Program-made: the position numbers and the translations under genes | Notes under the pieces: model-generated | What the model was told of the DNA's origin: nothing | Database searches by the model: none | What the model saw: the letters and a program-made list of their open reading frames with translations, nothing else | Source of the DNA: Tubulanus polymorphus | Taxonomy: Eukaryota > Animalia > Nemertea | Assembly (NCBI RefSeq): GCF_964204645.1 | Contig: NC_134027.1 | Coordinates: 3,504,485 to 3,568,484, forward strand | Direction of reading: 5' to 3' | DNA: 64,000 bases | In this document: one piece after another, positions 25,773-38,772 of the stretch | Layout: every line of letters begins with the position of its first letter | Position numbering within the stretch: the first letter of the stretch is position 1

Positions 25773-28700
25773 TCATTTATACATCATGACTTCTGTACTC
25801 TGATACATACACAAGTATGCATCACACAAAACCCGACGTGCATACGAAGGCAGCTGGCGATCTTCTTTCAGAGACAATATTCGCTCATGGTTATCATCAG
25901 CCAACCATTCCGGAAGCTCTTGACAAGGTTGAACTTCGGGAATATTATAGCCATGTTCTTGCCCTATAAGAACAAATGAGACACTTTATATGCATGTTAC
26001 AATCTTTATTTGTATCGTCATATGCTCAGTTATTTCTAGCCAGTCTTAGTTAATTTTTTCTTAACGCGGTATTTACCCATGCGATCAGCCATGCTGTCAA
26101 AGAAAACCCACGGTGCTTTTCTTCCTGGTCCACATTTAACAAACGCTACGTAGTGACTAGTCTCAATACAAACAACGGCAAAGAGCTCCATCATTTCATG
26201 GTCAATCTGTACATTACCATCCCCTAACAGTTCCTTCTGCTGGTTGAGAAAATCTTTGTAAGTTTCCGGTACTATTATTGGCCGAGAAATGTGTTTAGTA
26301 CGTTCTGCATGCCGGCTGTGGGTCTGGAAAAAATAGCACAAGTCTAATAATTGAAATCTGAAAGAGAGTTCAATTATCCTGGTACATGAAAATTCTTACC
26401 AGATTGAAACATTTTCCACAAAAAGATGTCTTCCCTGAAAAGTGATTGTAACACTGCTTGCATTCACATTCAGCCAGACATCCACAGACTGCACACTCTC
26501 TAGGAGCTAGAATGAATGATAGATGACTTTATTACTTAGAATGCCTATTCCATATGTCATAATACTAGAAACCAGTATCATGAAACTCACCATTCATCAG
26601 TATATCGGTGATATCCAAATACAAACTGGGGACAATACGCTGATACATTTTGTAATCCTTGCCAAATCTAGGCATCTGCAGTATCAAACAAGATGGTATC
26701 TGAAATATGAAAGTCATAATTTCTTAACTAAGCAAATTCGATGAATCACCTTTCATTGTAGAGCATTGCATAAAAACCTCTCATCATACCTCAGCTAATT
26801 TGATATCAGATTGCAGAAAAGACAAATTCAGAAGTTGCTGTGTTGTAGGCAGGACAATTTTCTCATCTTTTTCAATGAATAACTGGTAGAAATACGATTC
26901 CTGTCCAGAGCTGGAAATAATCACTAAAATCAGATACACACAAAGAAGAATGGCACATGTATCACCTTATTAAGTTATTCATCAGTACCTCAGTTTTATC
27001 AAAGGATCTGCTTTCAATGTCTGTTGCAATAGTGAATTGAGAAATTCTTCTGGATCTGCATGAGAGACACATACATACAAAACATGTTTCCTTAATTCAT
27101 TAATTGAACGATATATTAAATTTGTCTGACTGCTCACCTTTTTCCTCACCCATCATGCCATTGACTGAACTGAGTTTGTCAAGAAATGTCCTCAGTTTTA
27201 ACAATTTGTCGGCTCTTACATAGAAAAACCTATAATACGTAATGTAACGGTGTAAAGAGAGAGACTAAGCTGGTGAGGTCACCTGTTGATCAGAAAATGA
27301 ACTATTAGTACACTCCCATTAGTAATGGGGAATGAATAATGGTGTGGATTTCATCTGTTCCACTCAGTGAAGACATCAATTTTCCGTATCAAGCGAAATA
27401 TTGGCAACTGAATCTATCGGTGTAAAAACTCACTTTCTTAAAGGATTCACAATCGACTCTCGGAGAACCTTTTGTATTTCTTCATACTCGTCTAAATCAG
27501 TAGCCTTCTTTGGTCGATGAAGAATTGTATCAAATACTTGCGTAAATGCAAACATACTAAACAATGTTGCATCCAAGTAACACGAGTTATGGTGACCCTG
27601 TAGACCTTTATTCTTCCCACAAATATTTGGCAGGTTTTTTTCAACTGTTGGTGGTGAAACATTACCCGGTATGTCTGGACTTTCTTCACTACCAAAGGCT
27701 GTAATAAATTTTATATTCTCAATTTTACACATAGCAGTAAATGACACCTGAGACAGCAAACAGAAGGCGTAATTCCTTACTTGGTTCTCCAGTTCCATTC
27801 AGGTTTTTTGTTTCCTGGAAGCGTGGGTCCTTGCGCACTTTATTTAGATAAACAAAAAATCCTTTCTTCGAAGGACAGCTAAAAATACGTCGGCCATTGA
27901 ATGTTCCATCTAAACATGCAGCGCATTCTTCTTCCTATCAAAGACATTCAATTCAGTTCACTAATCCTAATACATATATAAGTCATGTAAATAGCGACAT
28001 TATCAAACACAACTCACCATTTCTAGTCCAGCCACTAGTTTATTACGATCCTTCGCCTCTGGTAAACAACCGATCCATCGAATAACCCCGTAACGCGGAG
28101 GATTCTCTAAAACCTCGACCACTGATCCAATCTCTAAGTCCGCAGTATTCGAATTCAGTGATGTATTTTTTGGGGCCGATGAATCTGAATTTTTACGCGA
28201 TCGCTCTGATCTACCGTTATAAACGCTGTTACCATTATTTGTGACGTAGCTGCCCGCTACAGAATGTTCAGAACGGTTTCTATTAGTCGACGTATTATTA
28301 CCATTCGACTTTTTATCTGTACTTTCACTGCTACAACTACTACTGCTACTACAAGAAGGTTCTACAATTTGCGGTACGTCTTTTAACAGCTTCGGTTTGT
28401 AATGTTCTGAATTTGGGGGATAAACCGGACTTGTATTCTCGGGACTGGAAGAATCTGTGAGATCACTCAAATTGCTAATTCCACTAATATTACTAATGTT
28501 ACTTGGACTTTGCGATATTCCTGAAAGTCTACACATTCCATTTTCATGTTCCAACGTGTCGCTGCAGGTGTCTGAAAAATATACACATAAACATAAGTAA
28601 ATGTAAATATAATTTTTCACTGTAATGATGAGCCCAATACAAACAAGACGCGAGAAATATCTTTTTACTGGTACTTACCATGGTTCATATCTATGTATGA

Positions 28701-31700
28701 AGGTCTAACTGGTTCAATATCAGCTGTCACAGTGTGAACATTTTTGGAATTGGAATTTTTCAGAACTGACGGTCGAGTGGCATTGGGCGATAATGGAGAA
28801 CGTAGCATCGGTTCATTTGTCTCTGGTAATCCGTCATTACTAAACGAAATCGCCTTTTTCTTTTCAGTTTTGATATGTCCACTTCGTGTAGGTGGCAAAC
28901 CTTTACTGTTACTGCTGCTGCTGCTGGAAGACTGAGCAGAACTAGTTTTACTATGAGAATCAAGTGAACTAGCGCGTGTTTGTTGCAATGACCTTTTCTG
29001 ATCTCGCAGCACATCAGTTTCCTCTTTGCCCGTCTGTTTGCTAGCCATTTTAACAGCTAACGTAGGACTCATAGCATTAGTGTCATTATGATCTGAAAAT
29101 GGATACCATTTAGAAGTAGTCTTGTAAAAATTAATAACTAAATTGCATAGACTTCATTTTTAGAAAAAAACACCCAAAATCGGAAGAACAGGTAGCATAT
29201 ATGTTTCTAAAGTTTCTGATTTATATAAATCGGGGGTGGGTCTAAAAAATTGGAAAGCAGGTCCAAAAGAAGTGGGAGAGCATTCCTTGGATGAAGCAGC
29301 CATGCCGATAGATCCCCTTGGTGCTAGTAAAGAAATATACACCTGAAAAGATGCAATTTCTTAAACGATAAGTGTCATATTTACAGGTTATCATGATCTT
29401 TGTCTTGACAAAAAGGGCAACTTAATGGGAAGGTAGAGAACCAGACCTCCGAACGTACTCAGAAGTATTATGCCTGAAACATCAGAACGATATGCTAGCT
29501 GAACCAATGTGCTTCTTCTGTCCAATTGTGGATATTTAATTCTGCTACCAGCTTAAGATTGGTATTGGTCTAATTACAATCTCAGCCTTTGACTATCAAA
29601 TACGTATATTTACAGGTTTTTTCAGATTTTTGCCGTCTGTCATTCGGCTTGTGTACAGAAGAATAAGTATTAAATCCACTGGTGCCCGAATCAGAACTAG
29701 AGCTTTTGTCATCACGTTTCAGTTTTGGACGCGTTCGAGGTCTCTCAAAATCTGAATGAAAAAAATATCATAAATATCTTCTGTTAAGAATAAATACATG
29801 TATTAGAAACACCTCAGTAAAATGGAAGACTTTTTCCACTAAGTTTTCTTTTTAATGCTCAGAGGCTTGTGTGAAGCTCATATTACACGTACAATGAATG
29901 ATTATCAACAGGTTTAACTCAGTAAATTGTCACCAGGTATAACTATAATTTTTCCATACCACAGAAAGAAATACTGTAGTCCATGAAGGAAATAAACAAT
30001 GCGAACCTACTAGTGATCTGAATAAGGCTCTGTGGGTTGAGGGACATACATAGGAAGTTGTAGAGTAAGACTACTCAACTTTCTATATATGTTCCTCAAC
30101 CCACAGAGCCCTATTCAGATCATTGGTAGGTTCACAGTGTTTATTTCCCTCATGCAGGAGGGAAGTCAGAGCACTCTACCACCACTAACATTGGAACGCG
30201 TTGATGAGAACAGTGACATGACTTCAAACCCATATGCCGTGACACTTCAATGAAAGTGAAAGTATATTTTTTAAATTTTATGAGCATTTTGAAAATCTAT
30301 AGCACAAAACTATGTATAATGTACGTCACTCGGGGTGGACTTTGAGCGCTATATTTGACATTCAAACCTGATAAAGGCTCGTCAGTCAACTGTTGATCCT
30401 TCATATTACCAGTTTCTTCCTCTCCAATAACAACATAATCATCAATGCTTTGTGGTCCTATAGCGTAGGTACTGGTGCTTGTATCGAAAGTCTTGTCTTC
30501 AAAATGTGTCGAGGTAAAAGAATCAGGAGACCTATAGCTTCTAGATAGATAATTCGTGATCTTTCTATTATTCATATCTTCATCTTGGTGTCTGCTTCTA
30601 TGTTTCATATCTTCATCTTGGTGTTTGTTTCCATGTTTCATATCTTCATCTTGGTGTTTGTTTCTATATTTCATATCTTCATCTTGGTGTTTGTTTCTAT
30701 GTTTCATATCTTCATCTTGGTGTTTGTTTCTATGTTTCATATCTTCATCTTGGTGTTTGTTTCTATGTTTCATATCTTCATCTTGGTGTTTGTTTCTATG
30801 TTTCATATCTTCATCTTGGTGTTTGTTTCTATGTTTCATATCTTCATCTTGGTGTTTGTTTCTATGTTTCATATCTTCATCTTGGTGTTTGTTTCTATGT
30901 TTCATATCTTCATCTTGGTGTTTGTTTCTATATTTCATATCTTCATCTCGGTGTCCATCAGCTTTTCCATCCAAATGATCCTGACTTCCATTGTATTCTG
31001 AATGTCCATCCATCTTGTTTTTACTGCCTGATGAATTGCTGGATCTTTTAGTCAAATGAATGCTAGGCGAAATGTCTTCAGATCTTCTACTCTGATGTTT
31101 GTCACCGAAGTGATCATGTTGAAATCTAAGATCCGATTTGTCACTGTCACAATTCGAGTCATACTGATTTCCTATTCCATTTTGTTTCAAATCCATGGTT
31201 AGAAATTTCACAACTTTTTCAAAGGAGTTACTCATAAACATAAACACAAATCCGATATAGATAATGAATTTCAGGTATAAATAGAGAATATTCCAAACAG
31301 TAAGTACGAGAAATGAATTCCAGTTCCAAAAGATTTTGATAATCCCAGCTACAATATTACAAAGTAATATGTAGACACGCCAGAAAGGACTTATAAAGAA
31401 GTAGTCCACAATTAACATAGCCAGCACTGAGTGTTTCACCACTGACGACTGAATAACTGTCATGTGAATATTCGCCGTATTCCTAGTGTACAGGCAAATA
31501 ATGCAAGTGAAAATCAATACGGGGTAAAACCCAAGGTTATTTATGTTCAAAGGCTGCATTATCTAAGTATTCACAATGAATATTATTAAACGCAGTCATT
31601 CAGGATTATTATGTGGGTTGAACAAGACCCATTTCATGAACTGATACTTTTCATCAACCACGGTAAGCTAATAACACATAGAATCAAGATATATACGTTA

Positions 31701-34700
31701 CCGATGAGAGGCATTTTCACATGAGTGGGTGGATTTAAAAATTCCTCTTCTTTCATTAATCCCATGATTGGTACGAGCGATGCATGATCAGACTTAGTTT
31801 TAAACAGTTGTTGATCTTTGTATTTTCCGGTTCCCGACCCGACCGGGTTGTCCTAAAATATCGAAATGATAAATACCCAAGTCTTATTCATTTCCATAAA
31901 TTACATGATATACATTTATTCAGATATAACAGATATATGGAACAGATAGAACAGATATATATTAAAAAAATATTTAAAAAACATTCATTTGGAAAAACCT
32001 TCTATTTCCCTGATTCTCAACTCGGTGAAATAATTTCAGTCCTAACAGATTGGGTTTACTGTATGAAAACTTGTATACTTACAAATTCGACACCGACTGT
32101 GACTTCATCGGGTACATCAGGCAGGTATCCGATCCAGCGGACTGTACCGTATTCCGGGCCTCTATCGCTCAGCCAAACAACGCGTTCATTTTCAACTAAC
32201 TGATGCTGTCCAGTTGACCGCATTGCCATCGCCATAATTGGTGATGTAGCCGATGGTGGAGTTGCTATTGATGTAGTTGAACTGATACTAGAATACTGAG
32301 GAGTAGAAGGTGATGGTGTATACACAGGAGGAGGTACCGATGGCACAGCTGTATGATGATGATGATGGTGACTGTGCTGGTTTTGTCCGGGTCCACGGAA
32401 ACGCCGGATTTTTGAGATATTCACGAATATTCCACTGTCCGGTTCACACATGAAATAACGTTGACTCGACAATGTTCCATCAGTCGTTCCTCTACCTTTA
32501 TTTTCCTGAAATGAGAAATTCAAAATTACTGTGTAACTCAAGGGTTTTTTTCATAGATAGGGGATGACCCATTCCGCGGTATCGCTGCCTTAGCTTTGAA
32601 AGATAGAAAACCACTCGCAATTATTCAATCTATTAAATGTTGTTTATTCAATGTCTTACTGGAAATGATATTATTGCAGAGAGAATGAATACACGCTGAG
32701 TATCTGCGTTATGCTACTGATAATAATTCAGGCAGGAATTGATTAATCAATGAAACACTACTGGATCATCGAAATAACAAGAATAGATTGAAACATCCAA
32801 TAGTCCGTTCCCTGACAAAAATGTTATCACTCCAGTTGGGGGCTGGGCATTAATTGATAAGTTTTGTTTGCAGAAATATTGGCAGCCACAATAATCCAAC
32901 CTCCATCTTAATTGATAAATGTATCGACTGTTGACTTTCTTGCCTGGCATTTTCCTATCGTTTTTGCCCGTTCGCCACATTTTAGTAGCCATAGTGAACG
33001 TTATAAGTATTACACTCCTTTAACTGATCAGGTGATAAAACCCAGATCAGAGCATTTGCCAGTTGTATTAGGCGAGGCAATTAATTACCAGAAAACAAAT
33101 GTGTTAGAAACAGCAGTAAGAATTTTACGAAATACTCAATCACTGTAATTACGAAGATTATTGAAGGGAATGAACATACCGCTACGCGAATACCATTGCA
33201 CCAAACTATCACCCTGCTGGATTCTAATCTAAACTGTAGAATGGCATCAACAAAAATGTCATGTCAGACTTTGATGAAATCGTGTTTCTATCCCAGATTC
33301 ATGTTTACATTTATGCTCCTAAGAAAGGTTAACCATTTCCAATACAGCAAAATCATCAAAAGAAGGCTGATAATACAGTACCAGCTGTCAGTATGGATGA
33401 GAGTTGAAATTTAACCTTGATGGGAATAAATGCCTATAAACTCTTCTTCAGTTAAGTTTCCTGGATACAATAAAAAAAGAATATATCACCATTATCCGAA
33501 TATCCGAATAAGACGTGGATTTCGTTCCATTGCGACGCTAAGACTTTATAACGTTACCATAAAGAATCTACCAAAGATGACAAGAAAAGTTTTTTCAAAG
33601 AAAATAATTGTTTTGATGAGTGTATGCGAGTACTCTACAGAATAAATGAATCTATTCAACTCTACGAGATATGACGAGGTAGAAATTTGGATAAGAAGAG
33701 CTGAATGAAGCTAGAATCGACATTCCACAGATAAAGCTGCAGCTGTGCCAGAATAATTCCAACAAACAGTTCGTTCTCATCAGTGTGAGAAATATGGAAA
33801 AATACAACAAAGATTAAATGTTACAAAGACTCTGACATGACTGTCACAACCCAGTCACAACCCAGTACGGTACAGCATTTTCTCCTACAACAACAAAGGT
33901 GTTATAATGAATAACCTATTCAATCAAAGATCATATTTTGGAAGGTACTTGGAAGGTCTGATGAAGAATTTTGGGATGGAGAAATCTCAATCAGAGTGTA
34001 CAAATACCAAAAATACCACAAGGTATGGCATAAGGGGGTTTGAATTTGTGCTGCAACTCGGTAGAATACTGTCATCTGATATTAATCAGCTGCCGGAAAA
34101 ACATCTTCAGTGCGTATTCTTCCGCCTGGATTTCGTAACAGAATGAAAACAAGCTAAAGCAAACAACAAGCACGCTGCGCAACAGAACATCCTACATTAT
34201 ACTCTCCGCTCCTACTTAGGTAGGTACTTCAACCTTTCCTTTACTCATGAATTCATATCCTTTGACCTCAGCGCGAGGATGTAATAAATAAAACATTATG
34301 ACCTCTCTACCTCGCTTTTCACTCTACCTTGAAGGTAAATACAGTCTGTTTATATGGACATATATTAAAGGTTGCCCGTGCTGATGTTGGAATGATACTT
34401 CCAGCTGGTGGAAATGCTGAGAAATCATACCGCAATGGATTCCACCGACGCAAACTTTTTGACGTCAGATGCAAGGTGCATTTCAGAATTCTATTGGGTG
34501 AGAATGATTCAACCTTAGTGAATTCTGCCAGATGTTCATTTTAATACTGTGTGGCCTACCGTAAAGCACATAGCTAGCCTTTATAGGAAGATGGCAATAC
34601 GTCTAATAAAGTATCTATGACATTATGTATGTTACTGAGCCTTCACCTCAAATATTATTCCAGAAAATATATATTTATATATATATACAACAGATATAGA

Positions 34701-37700
34701 TTTTAAAAACTTATTAGTTTATAGCTCATCCTACATTTTCCATAAAATCCTTCCTGATATAAACTCTGATCATGTACGGAATCCCACAGCTCTGCTGTGA
34801 ATAGGGACTACTCAGTGGGTTGATGAGATATCATGTAGCCGAGACATTTCAAATAAAAGGTCGACGAAAGATTTCTAAATAGACTTTAAGACATTTAAGC
34901 GAATGTGACAGTTAATTTGGTGAGAGTATCCGGTATGCCTGGTCAGCTCAACGGTGGCTTATCACCGCATTAGTTCTGTCAACAAACCCTCGTCAGGACT
35001 TTCTCTTAATGGAATTTGCGATGGTTGAGACAGCATTCATACAGCATTTGATTTTGCACTTCAAAGAGAAGGCAAAACTAGCAATTAATCATTAATCATC
35101 ATTGGCATATTCCTTTGAGCACTCCAGTCAATGTGCTACCTTAACTAATATCAATATTTCTAGCTAACTGCGGTTTGTCATTCTTGTAAAAAATTGAAAA
35201 TATTGATGCCACTATTGATGCTATTGTGTTATAGAGGATCCCGATGATGAAATCGAACAAAACCTTCATAAACCACAAACATTATCAGCAAACTGAGTCA
35301 GAGAAAACCACAAAGGTATGGTAAGGATCAGACCCAGACATCATTAGTAATATATGATATATTTTTAACCTGGGCCAGATTTGGCCCGTGCCCAATTAGG
35401 CCGCGACCGTCCGTTCACAGTGGTGCCAAATGGGGCCGTGTGTGTTTGATAGACTAAATTATGCCCGACAAAACCGTCGGACCAGGCCTGTGCCACATTT
35501 ATTGGTAGAATTATTCTGTGTGTATGCAACTTGGTTCTGGAAGTGACTTTTCCGCGCTTCTAATTACATCTATTTGATAGCATTTATGAGTTGAGTGATT
35601 TATAGGTGAACGCATTCTCTTATTACGCATGGGTCAAATTTGACTCGGGCCTGGTGCAGGCCAGTTTGACCCGGGCCAAATAGTTTCCGTGTGATCGTGA
35701 TAGCATACATTCATTAGCACGTAAGCAAGATAATTAACACGCCAATCAGGTCTCGTAAGTAATTATCGAAGAACCATAGGGATTGAAGAAATAATTAAAA
35801 ACAAATTATCTTATCAAACTGTCTTGGTTTGATATGAAAGCTAGGGACCTTTTAATCTAAGAGAAATCATCTTTGACTTACGCTTAATCAATAACGAGTT
35901 CAGAAATGTTCAGCAAGTACTAGTCATTACATTTCCTAACTGGAAGCATTATATAATGAACATCATCTGTAGGAATATTCCTAATTATAAACTGTACAAA
36001 GATTCAATTAGTAAAGTAAGAAGCGCATCTGATACCCAGATGATTCCTACCAATCTAAAGCTGTAATTCTACCATCCTTTACTGAGCCTGGCCATAATCC
36101 ACAGCCACTCATATATTGAATATATGACAACTGGAAATTTGCCATAGTTCGATGTTTTTAGCAGAAACAGAATCAAGTCATTGCCTGAACCGCTGTAGTT
36201 AACGCCTACACACAGACAGGCCTACATCTTTACATATCAATGACACGATAATTTTTAAACCGGTTGTCGTATCATGGAAACCATGCCATAATTCGAAATT
36301 GGTGATCGGCATTAAACAAACAATATGGCTGTTTGATGAAAACAGATGATTTTGAGATGTACGTAATTTGTATGCAGAGGAGATAGATTACGCTTTAATG
36401 ACTGCAAATCAAATCTCATTGCATCCGTAATGATAAATAGCCACATGAATATTTGAACACAACCAGCAGAGGAGACTCTTAAAATAGAGGCTTATGGCAA
36501 AAATCATGATATATGTCTAAATCAGAAAACTTTGATTCTTATGATAAAAGTTGTTTTAGGTGGAGTGCTCGGTGCTAAAAGCAATTATTTTCAGCTGCTT
36601 GGGGAAAAACTAATGATAGACTTAAACTCAAAATAAATTGGGGAATAGTGAAAATTTATCGTTAAATTCATTATAAATCAGTTTAATAATTTCTTAGGTG
36701 TAATCCACACTAGCGAATGTTGCTTCCATGCTGGTTTTACAATGAAGCGATGAACAAGAATTCTGTACAACAAAACGCCAGCAGTAAACTATGTTATCCT
36801 TGGCACACACAGATCTGTAAGTTATATACAGCCTATACCTAAGTAACGAATGTTCAGCACCGAAGCTTATACCTTCCTCGTATTTATATATACCTGACGT
36901 ACTGCTGTATAGGAACGGTACATAAAGGTATTTGAGAAATTGTGTTACTGAATAAAATGTATGATGCACATAGCATATTTGCATGTACAACATATGTAAC
37001 TAAAAATACAATCAAACTCTGAATTAAATCATGCACTTAGCCAAGGTTATACCCAGCAATATCAAATTATGTATTGGCTTTTGAATATCTTATTTTCATC
37101 GGTAAGATCTTCCGAAATAGCATAATCAGGGGTAACCCCGAGAACTTAAACTCATCACAATCTACTTCTGAATTTGATGTCAGACTTTCAATATTTTTTG
37201 ATATGGTACCACACTAGCCATAAAACTATTAGCAAAGCAAAAACTGTTCCCGTTATCATAAACCATCGCTTAAACTGTTGATGAAATGATAGATGGTACA
37301 GGATTCAAAAACAATTCAAGCATCATGCAGCATGGAAATCATAAGCTATAGGCTACAGCCATATAATTAAGAAATAATGTTTTTGAAACAGAAAGGTTCT
37401 ACACCTTAAAACTCACCAATAGTTCAACACCAAACCATAAACCCCTTATTCCTGTCAAACATCCTTTGTATCGAATGATGCCCGAAGCGCGATCTGGTAG
37501 GTTTGGGTAATGTAATATTGAAACAAAATCCGAAACCAGTAAATTCAGTCCTTCGTCGAGCCATTGCTGGTCATCAAACACTTTCACTCTATCTGCACAT
37601 GTACTGATAGATGCCAATAATAAATACTGTTCAAATGTTATCTTCGACACATCGTTTGGTGGACAACTTAATATAAGATTATCAAAATCTAATGACGCGA

Positions 37701-37890
37701 AGTATGAAAATCCGATCTTCTCGTGTTTCTTGGTTTGTTTATCCTCGTAATCTTTCCATAACGTTCCCGGTAGTACGGTTATTTCATCGCCGGCTTTTTG
37801 TCGTGATAAAAATCCAGTTTTTTCCTTCTTGTTCGCGATGTGTTCTTTTTTAAGAATATAACGAGGTCTCTGTTGTGTGTCTGATGCCAT
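25773..37890 (-). CDS. CYLD: Ubiquitin carboxyl-terminal hydrolase CYLD (3 CAP-Gly domains plus USP domain with B-box). Exons include 37890-37417, 32505-32083, 31852-31702, probably 29751-~29615, 29092-28679, 28571-28018, 27934-27781, 27698-27434, 27229-27138 and further small exons to the stop at 25773.
   Basis: CAP-Gly motifs ([15 protein letters not shown]; [14 protein letters not shown]; LVAGLEMEEE...[10 protein letters not shown]); Cys box [20 protein letters not shown]; His box [18 protein letters not shown]...[10 protein letters not shown]; C-terminal [14 protein letters not shown]. Confidence 0.95.
29982..30154. repeat. Long inverted repeat/hairpin (79-bp arms, 15-nt spacer) in a CYLD intron; MITE-like
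   Basis: 29982-30060 matches the reverse complement of 30076-30154 at 70/79 positions by manual alignment. Confidence 0.9.
30297..31559 (-). CDS. 420-codon ORF inside a CYLD intron, same strand; putative alternative exon or nested gene with hydrophobic N-terminus and charged repeats
   Basis: Uninterrupted ORF; flanking CYLD exons (end 31702, start 29751) can join in phase 1 without it. Confidence 0.5.
   Translation of the reverse strand: MQPLNINNLGFYPVLIFTCIICLYTRNTANIHMTVIQSSVVKHSVLAMLIVDYFFISPFWRVYILLCNIVAGIIKIFWNWNSFLVLTVWNILYLYLKFIIYIGFVFMFMSNSFEKVVKFLTMDLKQNGIGNQYDSNCDSDKSDLRFQHDHFGDKHQSRRSEDISPSIHLTKRSSNSSGSKNKMDGHSEYNGSQDHLDGKADGHRDEDMKYRNKHQDEDMKHRNKHQDEDMKHRNKHQDEDMKHRNKHQDEDMKHRNKHQDEDMKHRNKHQDEDMKHRNKHQDEDMKHRNKHQDEDMKYRNKHQDEDMKHGNKHQDEDMKHRSRHQDEDMNNRKITNYLSRSYRSPDSFTSTHFEDKTFDTSTSTYAIGPQSIDDYVVIGEEETGNMKDQQLTDEPLSGLNVKYSAQSPPRVTYIIHSFVL
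30556..30951 (-). repeat. 33-bp minisatellite, 12 units, encoding [11 protein letters not shown]
   Basis: Unit tttcatatcttcatcttggtgtttgtttctatg on the + strand; central copies are identical and edge copies diverge. Confidence 0.97.
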
Positions 37891-38242
37891 TTTGAGGGTA
37901 AACTATGAACAGCCATAAGATTAATATCCTGATTAAAGTAAAGCGGTGTACTAATAGTGAGTGTGGGAGTGAGTTCGGCTATCAGACTGAGTGCTTTATC
38001 AGAGTTCTACATCTGAATGAAGTGCAAGACGTGTGTCGTAGACAATCCTCTGCCTGGTTCGTGTGTAGCTCCTTACTTTTTTATAGTTAATTAACACCGG
38101 TCTAATTACTCCTGACACTAATCAATTATTTGTAAGCAGTAAGTGAAAATAATATATCTAAACACGATAGTACACACCTTTACACCACTGCATCAACGTG
38201 AGCACTCATCCGTAGACAACATCAACATCATCAGCTGCTGCC

Positions 38243-38266
38243 GGGGTATCCCGATCGGGGATTCCC
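38243..38266. promoter_or_regulatory. Tandem NF-kappaB (kappaB)-like sites near the CYLD 5' end
   Basis: GGGGTATCCC (38243-38252) and GGGGATTCCC (38257-38266), compared with consensus GGGRNWYYCC. Confidence 0.6.
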
Positions 38267-38772
38267 TTCAGCCTTGGTATCATTTATCACCTACAGAGGC
38301 AGCACCTGACGGTGTCTATGAATACAGTTTAATAATCTATTTCGATGTTTAAAAACCTGTATTTTGTAATTTTTGTGTTGTCCCTCTTACCTGCTTACTT
38401 ACGCAGAGGGTTGCTCGTGGAGTAATCATTTGAAATGATTACTCCAAGGTTCAAATGATTACTCTAAGGTTTAATGTAGATAAAAGAAAACCAATCACAC
38501 CAACCATTTGGTAATGATTACCTGCAGCTTTCCCACACTAAGAACATTTCACAATTTTTCCAACAAAACTATTTATTACATATCATGTATATATAATAAG
38601 TTCATAAATCATATTACAATAATTTCAAATCTAGTTTCATACAATATCTTTGACCGTTTATATCCAAATATCTAATCAAGATTTTGATGTAATCTGAATC
38701 TTTGAAGAATTTGTTAAACTACATTTCAAGCGAGCACAACTACGTATGTACAAGATCACAGAGCGATGAAAA

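Noticed and set aside
30556-30951. CRISPR-like array (33-bp period)
   Set aside because: There are no unique spacers; it is a pure tandem repeat in a eukaryotic gene.
30556-31001. Plus-strand ORFs of repeated [11 protein letters not shown] / [11 protein letters not shown]
   Set aside because: Antisense readings of the 33-bp minisatellite; open only because the unit lacks stop codons.
35367-35700. GGGCC/GGCCC-rich imperfect inverted segments in a CYLD intron
   Set aside because: Probably a degenerate MITE, but I could not define ends or target-site duplications.
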